Shown piece by piece: positions 55,239-64,000 of a DNA stretch of 64,000 nucleotides (position 1 is the stretch's first letter; each line of letters starts with the position of its first letter). This DNA comes from Blastocatellia bacterium AA13 (GTDB taxonomy: Bacteria > Acidobacteriota > Blastocatellia > UBA7656), in contig QHVH01000004.1 in NCBI GenBank assembly GCA_003222245.1, positions 67,441 to 131,440 on the forward strand, written 5' to 3'. The translations under genes and the position numbers were made by a program. The notes under the pieces are model-generated. The model was not told where the DNA came from. It made no database searches and worked only from the letters and a program-made list of their open reading frames with translations.

Positions 55239-56015
55239 ATGAAAGTGAAAATACTGAGATCAGTCCGAAGCTCGTTTAAGAGATTGAGCCGTTCAATTGT
55301 GGCGTGCGCGGTCGCGAGCATGCCGCCGCTCTATTCGCCGCCGTTTCCTGCGTCCGCGCGCGTCGAGCCGGGGGCGAGCCGGCAATCAGGGCAGCAATCA
55401 GGCCAGCAATCGGGCCAGCAATCAGGGCAGCAATCAGGGCAGCAATCGGGAGGATCGTCAAATCGGCTCCAGGAGCCGTCCGGGACGATATTCGGCAGCG
55501 GGCAGATCACGCTCAACGGAAACACGGTTCCGAGCGGCGCGACCGTGTTCAGCAACAGCACGGTTGGCGCGGGCACGGTCAACCCGGTCGTGGTCGATCT
55601 GGGTTCGATCGGGAGAATCGAACTGGGAGCAGGCGTTACTGTGACGTTGACCTTCTCACCCGAGCAGTTCAGCGTCGCCCCTCATCAGTGCACTCGCATA
55701 AAGATCCGGGTTGTGCAAGGCGCCGCTGAGGCGAGATTGAGCAAAGGCATAAGGCCTCTGGCGGGTGACCGTGAAGACACGCTGACGGGAGTGTCTGAGA
55801 TAGTGGCTCAAAAAGGCTCTATCCTGTCGTTGAACTGCGGGACTGGAAAGGCAGCGAGCGCCGTGGGCGGCGCGGCCGGTAGCGGAGGCGGTCTGTCGGC
55901 GCCCCTGATTGGCGTCATCAGCGCTGTCGGAGCCGCGGGCGCGGCTGCGGTCGGAGTCGCCCTGTCGCGCAATTCCGATTCCCGAGAGAACAGAGTAAGC
56001 CCGAGCGTTCCGTGA
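55239..56015 (+). CDS. secreted protein with a (S-G-Q-Q)x6 tandem repeat and a Gly/Ala-rich C-terminus; hypothetical
   Basis: A signal-peptide-like N-terminus is present (MKVKILRSVRSSFKRLSRSIVACAVASMPPLYS). The repeat SGQQSGQQSGQQSGQQSGQQSGGSS is encoded by 12-nt DNA repeats. A GAGGAAAAAGAGG ribosome-binding site is present. Confidence 0.5.
   Translation: MKVKILRSVRSSFKRLSRSIVACAVASMPPLYSPPFPASARVEPGASRQSGQQSGQQSGQQSGQQSGQQSGGSSNRLQEPSGTIFGSGQITLNGNTVPSGATVFSNSTVGAGTVNPVVVDLGSIGRIELGAGVTVTLTFSPEQFSVAPHQCTRIKIRVVQGAAEARLSKGIRPLAGDREDTLTGVSEIVAQKGSILSLNCGTGKAASAVGGAAGSGGGLSAPLIGVISAVGAAGAAAVGVALSRNSDSRENRVSPSVP
55381..55452 (+). repeat. 6 x 12-nt perfect or near-perfect tandem repeat (cagcaatcaggg) inside the CDS
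   Basis: Direct reading of 55381-55452. Confidence 0.85.
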
Positions 56016-56549
56016 CCTCCGCCATCATTAATAAATCCAACACAGATCCAACCTGAACCGATCGATCTCAGAACCGCTCCTCCTGTGCTGGTTAAGAACC
56101 GGTCTTCGGTGTGCTTCACACCATTAAGCGGCGAAAAACGTGCGACGGCAATTCGCGAGGAAAGAGCAACCTCTTCAGCCAAATTTGCGCTGCAGCAATT
56201 CGCGTCATGGGATGCGCAAGTCGGCCAGATATAGGCCGACCCTTGATCTCAATTTCTCTCCGCTCCCAGAATCAATGCTCAACGGTTAATGAGCACGTCA
56301 CATTCTTATTACACTTTTATTTATCGCTCACCGTTGAGAGGTAACATTACTAGAATGTCGCCTTGAGAGCGTATCCCGTGACGGTTCGCGATTAGGCAGG
56401 GCAATTTTCATTATCTTCTGATTGACAAGCCCTTTGCATACCTATAGAGTTCGCCACGAATCGAGCTTAGCTCACTCTCTTCTTCAGCTTCTCTGGAACC
56501 ATCCAGTCCATCTGAATCTTACACAGCTCACCTACACAAAGGAGCTCGA

Positions 56550-56864
56550 ATGTTTATAGGTAACGTGACGCTAAAACTGAAAGCGAATACCGCGCCGGAA
56601 TTCAACAGCTTAATTGAAAACGAAATTCTTCCGATGCTTCGCAAGCAGCAAGGCTTTCGCGATGAGGTCACCCTGGTCGCCCCGGAACGGTCCGAGGCAA
56701 TTTTAATCACTTTCTTTGAGTCGAAAGAGAACCTCGAGACCTACAACCGCACCGCATATCCCGAGCTATTAAAGATCGTCGCGAAGGTCGTTGATGGAAC
56801 GCCCAAGACCGAGACCTTTGAGCTTTTCACCTCAACACTCCACAAGCTCGCCGCCAAGGTGTGA
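56550..56864 (+). CDS. hypothetical small protein (possible ABM/Dabb-type alpha+beta barrel)
   Basis: 104 aa, with a GGAG ribosome-binding site. The size and alternating beta/alpha hydrophobic pattern are compatible with ABM. The call is weak. Confidence 0.3.
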   Translation: MFIGNVTLKLKANTAPEFNSLIENEILPMLRKQQGFRDEVTLVAPERSEAILITFFESKENLETYNRTAYPELLKIVAKVVDGTPKTETFELFTSTLHKLAAKV

Positions 56865-57092
56865 GCCATGCAGGACTATAGGGAGGGCGGATTGACTGCC
56901 CTCTCGACACCCTTCTGCTCTTTGGCAAACAAACGGAGATGCGCCTGGGTCAAACGTGATCCGGGCGGTCAACCGCCTGAAGAGCGGACCATCGTTCACC
57001 TGTTAGAGGCTTCGCCCGAGAATAGTAATCGCCCGCAACCGTTTCCCGCGAATCGCTCGGCCTGCTTCCAACTTCACCAAAGGAAACTCATT

Positions 57093-57386
57093 ATGTCAGC
57101 TAAATTGTATGTTGGTAATCTCTCGTTCGATACGACGAGTGATGAAATACGCGATCTTTTCAGCGAGGTGGGCCCCGTGGAATCGTGCCAGGTGATAACG
57201 GACCGAGACACAGGCCGATCGAAAGGCTTTGGCTTCGTAGAGATGAATTCGACTGCCGAGGCTAGTTCAGCTAAAGCAAAATTCGACGGGCAAGACCTGC
57301 ACGGGCGGACGCTCAAAGTCGATGTGGCGAGACCGAAGATTGAGAGCCGCAACAATGGCGGCGGCTACGGCGGCTTGCGCTACTGA
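57093..57386 (+). CDS. RRM-domain RNA-binding protein (glycine-rich C-terminus)
   Basis: RNP-2 is LYVGNLSF and RNP-1 is KGFGFVEM. The C-terminus is NNGGGYGGLRY. The ORF track's start at 56868 is a 5' overextension. Confidence 0.85.
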   Translation: MSAKLYVGNLSFDTTSDEIRDLFSEVGPVESCQVITDRDTGRSKGFGFVEMNSTAEASSAKAKFDGQDLHGRTLKVDVARPKIESRNNGGGYGGLRY

Positions 57387-57525
57387 TTCTACGTGCGACA
57401 TCGGCCCGATTATTGGGCTTTCGCGCACAAAGTCGGCGGGGAAGCGAGCCGGGCTCGCTCCTTCTCACGCCCTCTTTTAAGCATTCGGACAATCCAATAG
57501 AAGGGCCGCGATCAAAGAGGTTTCG

Positions 57526-57804
57526 ATGAAAATTCAAAGTGTCTCGCTGAATATGATGAGAGTATCCGCGGGCGCATTCTCGCGCCCCACGCAGCTCTTC
57601 TGGTTCGTCGCCGCTGCGCTGATCGGGCCGTTTGCCCTTTTGACCTTAGGTGGGAGGCAGTCAAGCAACCTGCCGTGGTTCTTCTGGGCATCAACGTCGC
57701 TCGCCATTTCCACGGTAATTTGCATTGGCTTTTTGAGGTTCGCGAACGAATCTCAAACTGCTGAAGCAATATCCATTAACCCGGACGGCCGCCGACTTAA
57801 ATAA
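57526..57804 (+). CDS. hypothetical small membrane protein (2 transmembrane segments)
   Basis: Two hydrophobic helices are present (LFWFVAAALIGPFALLTL; WFFWASTSLAISTVICIGFL). There is no strong ribosome-binding site. Confidence 0.3.
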   Translation: MKIQSVSLNMMRVSAGAFSRPTQLFWFVAAALIGPFALLTLGGRQSSNLPWFFWASTSLAISTVICIGFLRFANESQTAEAISINPDGRRLK

Positions 57805-58706
57805 CTCTCGATCGCATGGACGTTGGTGATTCGTCCAACGGCAACCCCAATAGGTTCTTTTCAGAAACGTCCAATATTGAACAGAAGTTCACCTGTAAGA
57901 CGGCTTATTCTCTGTGGTGCGTCAGGGTCCTCGGTGTCTATCCAGGGTCAGGTATATGAGGTCCGACTTTCATTCTGGCGAGCGTTCTGCCAACGACGTC
58001 TGACGCAGGGAGGGTAGTGCTGATGACTAGTATCTGCGCGTGGTGCCAATCAATCCTCGGCGACACCTCGGAAGAATCTGGCAAATCAAGGCTTGGCAAA
58101 CCGAGCCTTGGAATCTGCAACGAGTGCGAAGCAAAACGGCAACAAAACATTCTTGACATCAAGCGGCAGTTGGGTTGGTCGGCCGCGATGGCCAACTTGT
58201 ACTGAACCTGCTGGTGTAGTGCGCCCAACGGATCGTAACTTAAAACCGCCATACTACGATTCGCTCCCTCACCGCCCCTCAGGAAGAATCTAGATTGACT
58301 GTGCCTTGGGCCAGTCCATCGCCCGCCTGGCGAATATTTTTGAGAACTGTTCAATACTGAACTGAAAGCAATTGCGATTGGACGTAGCATCGAAGATGCG
58401 AACCGGAGTTGGGCGTCACCAGAACACCGCGCTGCATTCGCCACCGGGTTTCAAGCCGAGATTGACGCTGTGAGCAGAGGTCAATCCATCGAGAGCTGTG
58501 CGGTGGACCGTTTCAAATCATTGATGACCGGCGGCGGCCATTGAAAATGAGAGGCAGATATGAAGAGAATTTCTTACACCGATGTCCAATACTGGACGGA
58601 AACCGATCTCGAAGAGGCGTAGCATTTGAAATGTAAACCGGAGTCGGGATAGCGCCCTGAGGGGGCCTTCGACACGGAGGATGACCTACATTTAGGAGGT
58701 GGAATT

Positions 58707-58856
58707 ATGCTTTGGACAATCCTGGTTATTCTTTTGATTCTTTGGCTGCTGGGAATGATCGGCGGCATCGGCGGCGGGCTTATTCATCTATTGCTTGTTA
58801 TTGCGGCGATCGTGTTGATCTTCAACCTGCTGAGCGGCCGCAGGAGGCTCGTCTAA
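58707..58856 (+). CDS. lmo0937-family small membrane protein (49 aa); below the ORF-track size cutoff
   Basis: MLWTILVILLILWLLGMIGGIGGGLIHLLLVIAAIVLIFNLLSGRRRLV matches the widespread MLWTIIVILLVLWLLG...LIHLLLVIA family. A strong AGGAGG ribosome-binding site lies 7 nt upstream. Confidence 0.7.
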   Translation: MLWTILVILLILWLLGMIGGIGGGLIHLLLVIAAIVLIFNLLSGRRRLV

Positions 58857-59025
58857 GCAAAGCGGAACCCCTCCCTGCAATCAGGAACCGATCGAAGTAA
58901 GGGATCTGATTCGGAATCAGGCAAAGTAGACCCTCATCTGCGAGGCATACGGTCCGCTAGACGGGGCATCGCTACGTCACTTGTCAGAAGTCACGGAGCT
59001 CTAAGAAAGGAAGGAGGGTTCAGAC

Positions 59026-60891
59026 ATGAGCACTCACAGAGGAAGGCTCGGAAGCGTTGTCCTACCACTGGCGATGGTTATGGCATTGGTCGTTCCGGCG
59101 TTAGGACAACGCCTTCTCACGGTACCCGCGGGTACAGTCATTGCACTGAGGATGGATACCTACTTGAGTTCGGATTCCTCACGCGTAGGCGACCGGTTCA
59201 CTGCGACAGTTTTTCGCCCGGTCGTAGTTGATGGCCGGGTAGTTGTCGCGGAGAACACTAAGATAGAAGGGCACGTCACCGGGACTACCCCCACTGAGAG
59301 GCGGAGCAAAGCCGGGACGCTTGCGGTGGGGTTCGACAGAATGGTTTTTTCGACCGGCAGCCCGGTTCAGATCGATGGCACTCTCACAACCCTCAGCGAG
59401 GAAGGGCGGCGCACGATCGAACGGGATATCAGCGACGAAGACAGAATTGAGGGTGGCAGGCAGACTCGGCGCGCGGTGATCTTTATTGGCGGCGGCGCAG
59501 GAGCCGGCGCCGGCGCTGTGATTGGCGCGATGGCCGGGGGCGGCAAGGGTGCTGCTGTGGGGGCGGGCGGCGGCGCAATACTCGGCACAATCGGCGTCTT
59601 ACTGAGCAAGGGTGAGCCGGCAGAAGTGCGGCCCGGCACTGAGTTCGGAATTATGGTAGAGAGTCCAATCACCGTTGAGTCAATCGATGTGGCACGTGAT
59701 CGACGTGATCGAGATGTGCGTGACCCCGACGTCATCGACAACGATACGCCGTCTCAAACTGTTTTGACTTCGGCTGATTCCGTACGTTCGGCTCAAATCG
59801 CTCTCAAGAGCCGGCGCTACTACAATGGCCCGATCAATGGAGTGATGAATCAGACGACGCGGGATGCGATTAACAACTTCCAGCATGACCGTCGCATACC
59901 AATCAGCGGCGAGCTGGACATCGCCACAGCGCGGGCGCTTGGCATACCTGCTGAACCGGCCGGCCCGCCGGCACAGACGATATTCACTTCGGCCGATTCA
60001 ATTCGATTCGCTCAGATAAGTCTGAGAGATCGTGGTTACTACACCGGTCCCATCAATGGAGCGATGAATCAGGCAATGCGCAACGCAATTCGTCAGCTCC
60101 AGCGTGACCGTAACCTCATTACGAACGGCGACCTTGATCTGAGCACGGCTCGCGAGCTGGGGATTGCCAACGATTCCGGCATTGAATCGGCGGCGATTGA
60201 GATCATGAACCCGCGCGCCGAACGCATCGGACCAGGTTCGATTCGCATCAGCGCGGACCTTCACACTCAAGGCAGCGGCTGGCAAGTGTTTGTCAATCGG
60301 TTTGTAACCGGCGACACCTTGCACGTTTATCTGCGCGGAGCGCCGCCGCGCCACTCGACGGGCGCCGCGGTTGATCATCATCCGTTCACCGAGACCTATA
60401 ACGATCTGCCAAATGTGGCGCGGGTAATTATTCACGGTCCTCAGCGTGACTTCACTGCTGACCTGCGTGGGGGAGCGCCCGGTACGGTCGGCGCGACAAG
60501 CATCGGCCATCCTCGCGAGATCTCTCTTCTTGCCAACCGCCTGTTGCAGGATTTTCAGCGAGAGTTGAACATGCGCAACAATCGAGGCCAGGTCATTTTT
60601 GATGCGCGCCACGATCTCAAGTCTAACGAGGTTGAGTTGCTTTTTCAGATAACCAGCCTGCAGGCGGCGGCTGAACTCTACAATCAGATGACTGCGTCGA
60701 TCACTGACCCTGATGCCGTCAAGGGCGCGGCCGGCGGGTTGATGCGGCAGGCGCGTCTCCTCGATCGGATTATGAAGCGGGACACGCAGTCGGCGCTTTC
60801 ATCAACAGTCCGCTCTGACTGGCAGCAGTTGCAGGCGGAGCTTGCCCAAATCAATGTAACGGAATCAAATCTGGATGGAGACATCAGGTAG
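59026..60891 (+). CDS. secreted protein with a glycine-zipper segment and three putative peptidoglycan-binding (PG_binding_1-like) domains
   Basis: A signal peptide is present. The glycine-zipper segment is GGGAGAGAGAVIGAMAGGGKGAAVGAGGGAILGTIGVLL. The block [ST]ADS[VI]R.AQI.L..R.YY.GPING.MNQ..R.AI...Q.DR........LD..TARALGI occurs three times. Confidence 0.6.
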   Translation: MSTHRGRLGSVVLPLAMVMALVVPALGQRLLTVPAGTVIALRMDTYLSSDSSRVGDRFTATVFRPVVVDGRVVVAENTKIEGHVTGTTPTERRSKAGTLAVGFDRMVFSTGSPVQIDGTLTTLSEEGRRTIERDISDEDRIEGGRQTRRAVIFIGGGAGAGAGAVIGAMAGGGKGAAVGAGGGAILGTIGVLLSKGEPAEVRPGTEFGIMVESPITVESIDVARDRRDRDVRDPDVIDNDTPSQTVLTSADSVRSAQIALKSRRYYNGPINGVMNQTTRDAINNFQHDRRIPISGELDIATARALGIPAEPAGPPAQTIFTSADSIRFAQISLRDRGYYTGPINGAMNQAMRNAIRQLQRDRNLITNGDLDLSTARELGIANDSGIESAAIEIMNPRAERIGPGSIRISADLHTQGSGWQVFVNRFVTGDTLHVYLRGAPPRHSTGAAVDHHPFTETYNDLPNVARVIIHGPQRDFTADLRGGAPGTVGATSIGHPREISLLANRLLQDFQRELNMRNNRGQVIFDARHDLKSNEVELLFQITSLQAAAELYNQMTASITDPDAVKGAAGGLMRQARLLDRIMKRDTQSALSSTVRSDWQQLQAELAQINVTESNLDGDIR

Positions 60892-61770
60892 CGCTGGGCT
60901 AGCAGAGGACGATGGGAAGGAGGTTCTATCCTCCCATCGCCTTGCTTGCGGCGATGAGAAGATTTGATTGGAGGCGCGATGAAACGGGAAATGACAGATT
61001 CGGATGTCGTGGATCTTTACGAAGCGATGCTCTACGAGCGCGCGGCGAAAGGCATCAGGCCGATACTTTATATCTCATCATCCAAGGATTTTGAATGGAG
61101 CGAGCTTATACTGCTGGATAAACCCGCGCATGTCGTAAGCTGGGGAGAACAACAGCCGCCTGCAAGAGGAATCCGCTACAACTCGTGAAAAGACTTGAAG
61201 GCTGCTATGGGATGGTGTTGTTCATATTCTCCGCCTTCAAATGCTCTTCAGAAGCCAATCTTCACTGCTTGCGGTAGTAGAAGACAGTTTAGGGCGTTCC
61301 ACGGTGTCGATCTACGCACGACGAATTATTCCGAATCTTGTCCAGTATTGGACAGAAAGACTCCGATAGTCGGCGTATCATCATAGCGGTATCACTGGGC
61401 CTGCGGGCGGGCCGAATGAAGATGCGGAGTGCGAGATGGAGGAAATTGCGGCCATGGCGATGGGAGTGATAATGACCGGAGTGTCCGCAGTAGTTGCCGG
61501 GCCGGCCTTCGAAGCAATGCTCTTGATCCTGAGCTGGGCCCTCCAAGTCGCGCCCCGCGAAATATTAGTGTCATCCGCGGAGCCTTCCGCCGGCCATCTT
61601 GGAGGAGACAGCAGACTATATGCGTAACTCAAGCCGCATTAACAGTCTTGCACTGATCACGACGGCGGCAGGATTTGCGATTTCGTCCGTAGAAACACGA
61701 GTACGATCGTCGCCGTCCGATTGCTGACGAAGCATCGGTATCTCCGATTTAGACCTCTGGAAGGAGAGTT

Positions 61771-62304
61771 ATGCCTCTTAGTGAAGACGTTGAAACAAAC
61801 AGTGTGCTGTTAGACGAAGAGCGCAGACAGGCTTCGCATCAGGAGGTCAAGGCCTCGGTTGATGACGACGTAAACTCCAGCATCAAGCGAGAGTCGGCGC
61901 GAGTCGAGCCAGAGGAATCGGCCGAGGTGGCCGAAGTGGCTCACCAACTAAGACAGAAGTCCGTTCGCGAGGCGGTGGGCACTGAACGCGAGCTGGGGCG
62001 CGGCCGGGCTGCGGCCCGGATTTCACAGGTAGTCGACTACGTTTTCTATCTGATCTACGGCCTGATCGCCCTGGAGTTTATGCTGGGATTGATGGGCGCT
62101 CGCGCCGGCAACGGATTCGTTCAGTTTATAGGCGCCGTCACCGGACCATTGCTCGCCCCATTCGAGCGAATAGTGGGGACTCCGTCGTCCGGAGGATTTC
62201 AAGTTCACATATCTTATTTGTTCGCGCTCGTTGTCTATGTGCTGATTCATCTCGCAATCAATGGTGCATTTCGCTTAGTCGCGCACCGCAAAGTAACAGT
62301 GTAA
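61771..62304 (+). CDS. YggT-family membrane protein with an acidic N-terminal extension
   Basis: VVDYVFYLIYGLIALEFMLGLM.....FVQFIGAVTGPLLAPFERIVG...GFQVHISYLFALVVYVLI fits the YggT/Ycf19 pattern. A strong GGAAGGAGAG ribosome-binding site is present. Confidence 0.5.
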   Translation: MPLSEDVETNSVLLDEERRQASHQEVKASVDDDVNSSIKRESARVEPEESAEVAEVAHQLRQKSVREAVGTERELGRGRAAARISQVVDYVFYLIYGLIALEFMLGLMGARAGNGFVQFIGAVTGPLLAPFERIVGTPSSGGFQVHISYLFALVVYVLIHLAINGAFRLVAHRKVTV

Positions 62305-62350
62305 GTCTGACTAGATGGGCGTTCGCCAACCTCATCCAGGGAGAGCAGTC

Positions 62351-62977
62351 ATGCGAACAAGATCAATTCGATCAATTGCCGTTGCCGCCGTCACGATACT
62401 GATCATCGCCGGTGCGTTGTACTATATCTATGGTTATCGCCATCGAGACGTCTCGTCGGACTTTGACGCCGCGAAGGAATACTCGGAGGACGCGGCCACC
62501 ACCTCCGCCGTCAAGAGCGCTCTGGCTTTAAATAAACAGCTCTCTTCTTTAGACATCCACGTGAACTCGAGCAACAACCCTGATACAAAGGACAACAATG
62601 TATCTCTAACGGGCCATGTGCCAACCGAAGATGACAAGCGAGTCGCCGAAGAGATCGCGCGCAGCACCAAAGGCGTCGCCAACGTCGTGAACAATCTCGA
62701 GGTCGATTCGCCAGGCCATGGGGCAAGAGCGGACAAGAAGTATGTCCCGGATCTTGAAATCAAAGCCGCGGTCCTGCAGTCCATCCTGAATAATCCGAGT
62801 CTTAAGACTCAGCAGATCGAGGTCGATGTTTACAACGCCGAAGTAAAGCTGAGCGGCAGCGTGCAATCTTCGACACAGAAGGCCGACGCCGAATCGGCCG
62901 CCCGGGCTATCGCCAATGTCCACGGCGTCGATTCACACGCTCTCGCGGTGACGAATAGCGGACTGGAGCAACAATGA
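62351..62977 (+). CDS. BON-domain protein (OsmY-like), two BON domains
   Basis: A signal anchor is present. The blocks DIHVNSSNNPDTKDNNVSLTGHVPTEDDKRVAEEIARSTKGVANVVNNLEV and QQIEVDVYNAEVKLSGSVQSSTQKADAESAARAIANVHGV are BON-like. Confidence 0.65.
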   Translation: MRTRSIRSIAVAAVTILIIAGALYYIYGYRHRDVSSDFDAAKEYSEDAATTSAVKSALALNKQLSSLDIHVNSSNNPDTKDNNVSLTGHVPTEDDKRVAEEIARSTKGVANVVNNLEVDSPGHGARADKKYVPDLEIKAAVLQSILNNPSLKTQQIEVDVYNAEVKLSGSVQSSTQKADAESAARAIANVHGVDSHALAVTNSGLEQQ

Positions 62978-63367
62978 AAGTGCGATTGATTAAAGCGGAC
63001 ACATCTCCTCCCACCGAGAAAGACAAACCGCCCCCTGTTGAGGTTCCAATAGTCGATACCATCCAGTCGTGGGTCCGTGACTTCAGATCTGATAAAGCTG
63101 ATAAAGCCCGCTTAGACTCTCGGCAAGTACGCAATCCCTGGACATAACCGATGCTTGAGACAAAATGGGCCGGAGGCCTATGCTGGCGAGCGTATTTCCT
63201 GGGCCAGCACACCAGCACACCCCAAATCAAGGCTGCCAATTCTCTAGACGGCAGGGTTAATTGTGGTAGTGGGGACGTCACCCACTGTTATCGCCGGCGT
63301 CTTTGACGCGCTAGTGGTTTCGCGCGACTTCGCGGAACGCGGTCAATGATATCGGGCAGCGAGGATG

Positions 63368-64000
63368 CATGGACTTCAACCGCAAGAACTTCCTCTGGGC
63401 AACTGCTGCGTTCGCATTATTCTTTTTCAGCGCTTCCTCAGCCTCCGCCCAGATATCACTGGGTACGGCGCAGAGTTTCGGCGTCCTGGCCGGTTCGGCT
63501 GTGACGAATACGGGCGCGACCTCCGTCACCGGAAACCTTGGCGTGAGCCCGGGTACCGCGGTTACCGGGTTTCCTCCGGGCACCGTAACCGGAGGAACGA
63601 TACACCTGAACGATGCGGTCGCATCTCAGGCTCAGAGCGATGTCACTACCGCCTACAATGCCATAGCGGGCACGGCGTGCACTGTCGACTTGACCGGTCA
63701 GGATCTCGGGGGACTCACGCTGACACCCGGGGTCTATTGTTTTTCGTCGTCGGCCCAGTTGACGGGAACACTCACTCTTAACGCACTGGGCAACCCCAAT
63801 TCGCTCTTCATCTTCAAGATCGGCAGCACGCTTACGACCGCGAGCAGCTCGACTGTTCAGGTGATCAATCCAGGAAGTAACTGCAACGTGTTTTGGCAGG
63901 TCGGCAGCTCCGCGACGCTCGGCACAGGCGCCAATTTTGTGGGGAACATTCTGGCGCTCACGAGCATCACGCTCACTACCGGCGCAAACGTCACCGGTAG
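63368..64000 (+). CDS. DUF3494 / ice-binding-like family secreted protein; the 3' end runs off the window
   Basis: A signal peptide is present (MDFNRKNFLWATAAFALFFFSASSASA). AQSFGVLAGSAVTNTGATSVTGNLGVSPGTAVTGFPPGTVTGG is the canonical DUF3494 N-terminal motif. There is no stop before position 64000. The ORF track missed it because the ORF is open-ended. Confidence 0.7.

Noticed and set aside
58017-58205. 62-aa Cys-containing ORF (CAWC...CNEC), possibly a zinc-ribbon peptide
   Set aside because: There is no RBS. It sits in a region of several short overlapping ORFs. The CxxC...CxxC spacing is suggestive but not sufficient on its own, so it is left uncalled.
60964-61188. 74-aa ORF (MKREMTDSDVVDLYEAMLYERAAKGIRPILYISSSKDFEWSELILL...)
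   Set aside because: It is plausibly coding given its composition and position after the PG-binding gene. There is no recognisable motif or RBS, so it was left out of the feature list rather than guessed.
1-64000. CRISPR arrays, rRNA, insertion sequences or integrase
   Set aside because: No regularly spaced short direct repeats with unique spacers were seen. No rRNA-like conserved blocks were seen. No DDE transposase or tyrosine recombinase motifs were recognised in any frame.

Overview
This is a high-GC (about 62-65%) bacterial window with dense, mostly plus-strand genes. Gene content suggests a soil-type Gram-negative bacterium, perhaps Acidobacteriota-like, but that is a guess. Three blocks can be read from the sequence.

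(1) Positions 1 to about 22.9 kb hold the baseplate/spike half of a phage-tail-like contractile injection system. The organisation resembles an eCIS (Afp/PVC-like) or a P2-like tail module. It contains a gpE/E'-type tail assembly chaperone pair with a candidate -1 frameshift site at a G7 run, a short putative tape measure, a LysM tube-initiator/hub protein, a gpD-like hub, a gpV-like spike, a PAAR tip and a gpW/gp25 wedge. These are followed by a 1140-aa baseplate-J protein and a second 766-aa baseplate protein carrying a poly-His/Asp insert. A gpI-like protein fused to an NHL beta-propeller is flanked by four paralogous genes that share a conserved N-terminal domain and differ in their C-termini; they are candidate fibres or an undescribed family. 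Two large DUF4157 proteins (HExxH) are the putative cargo toxins, and each has a second, different C-terminal HExxH-type domain. The two are separated by a highly structured repeat spacer. Directly after them comes a divergent Lgt-family membrane protein. Sheath, tube, AAA ATPase and cap genes are not in the window and presumably lie upstream.

(2) A roughly 4 kb lower-GC stretch (about 23-27.3 kb) holds a secreted PQQ-type beta-propeller gene and a frameshift-split AlbA_2/HATPase_c_4 gene, followed by about 0.9 kb with no convincing ORF.

(3) Positions 27.3 to 55.1 kb are a Wzx/Wzy-dependent exopolysaccharide cluster. It encodes Wza, a Wzc tyrosine kinase, a Wzx flippase and two Wzy-family membrane proteins. 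It also encodes eight GT4 and one GT2 glycosyltransferases, three FkbM methyltransferases, a NodU/CmcH carbamoyltransferase, an AsnB-like amidotransferase, an NAD-dependent epimerase and a WecA/MraY-type initiating transferase. Many start and stop codons overlap.

The last 9 kb are a mix of small genes. They include a Ser-Gly-Gln-Gln repeat secreted protein, an RRM RNA-binding protein and an lmo0937-type 49-aa membrane protein that the ORF track missed. There is also a triple peptidoglycan-binding-domain protein, a YggT-like protein and a BON-domain protein. A DUF3494 (ice-binding-like) gene runs off the window end.

No rRNA, tRNA, CRISPR array or recognisable IS element was seen. All homology calls come from reading motifs by eye; no searches were run.
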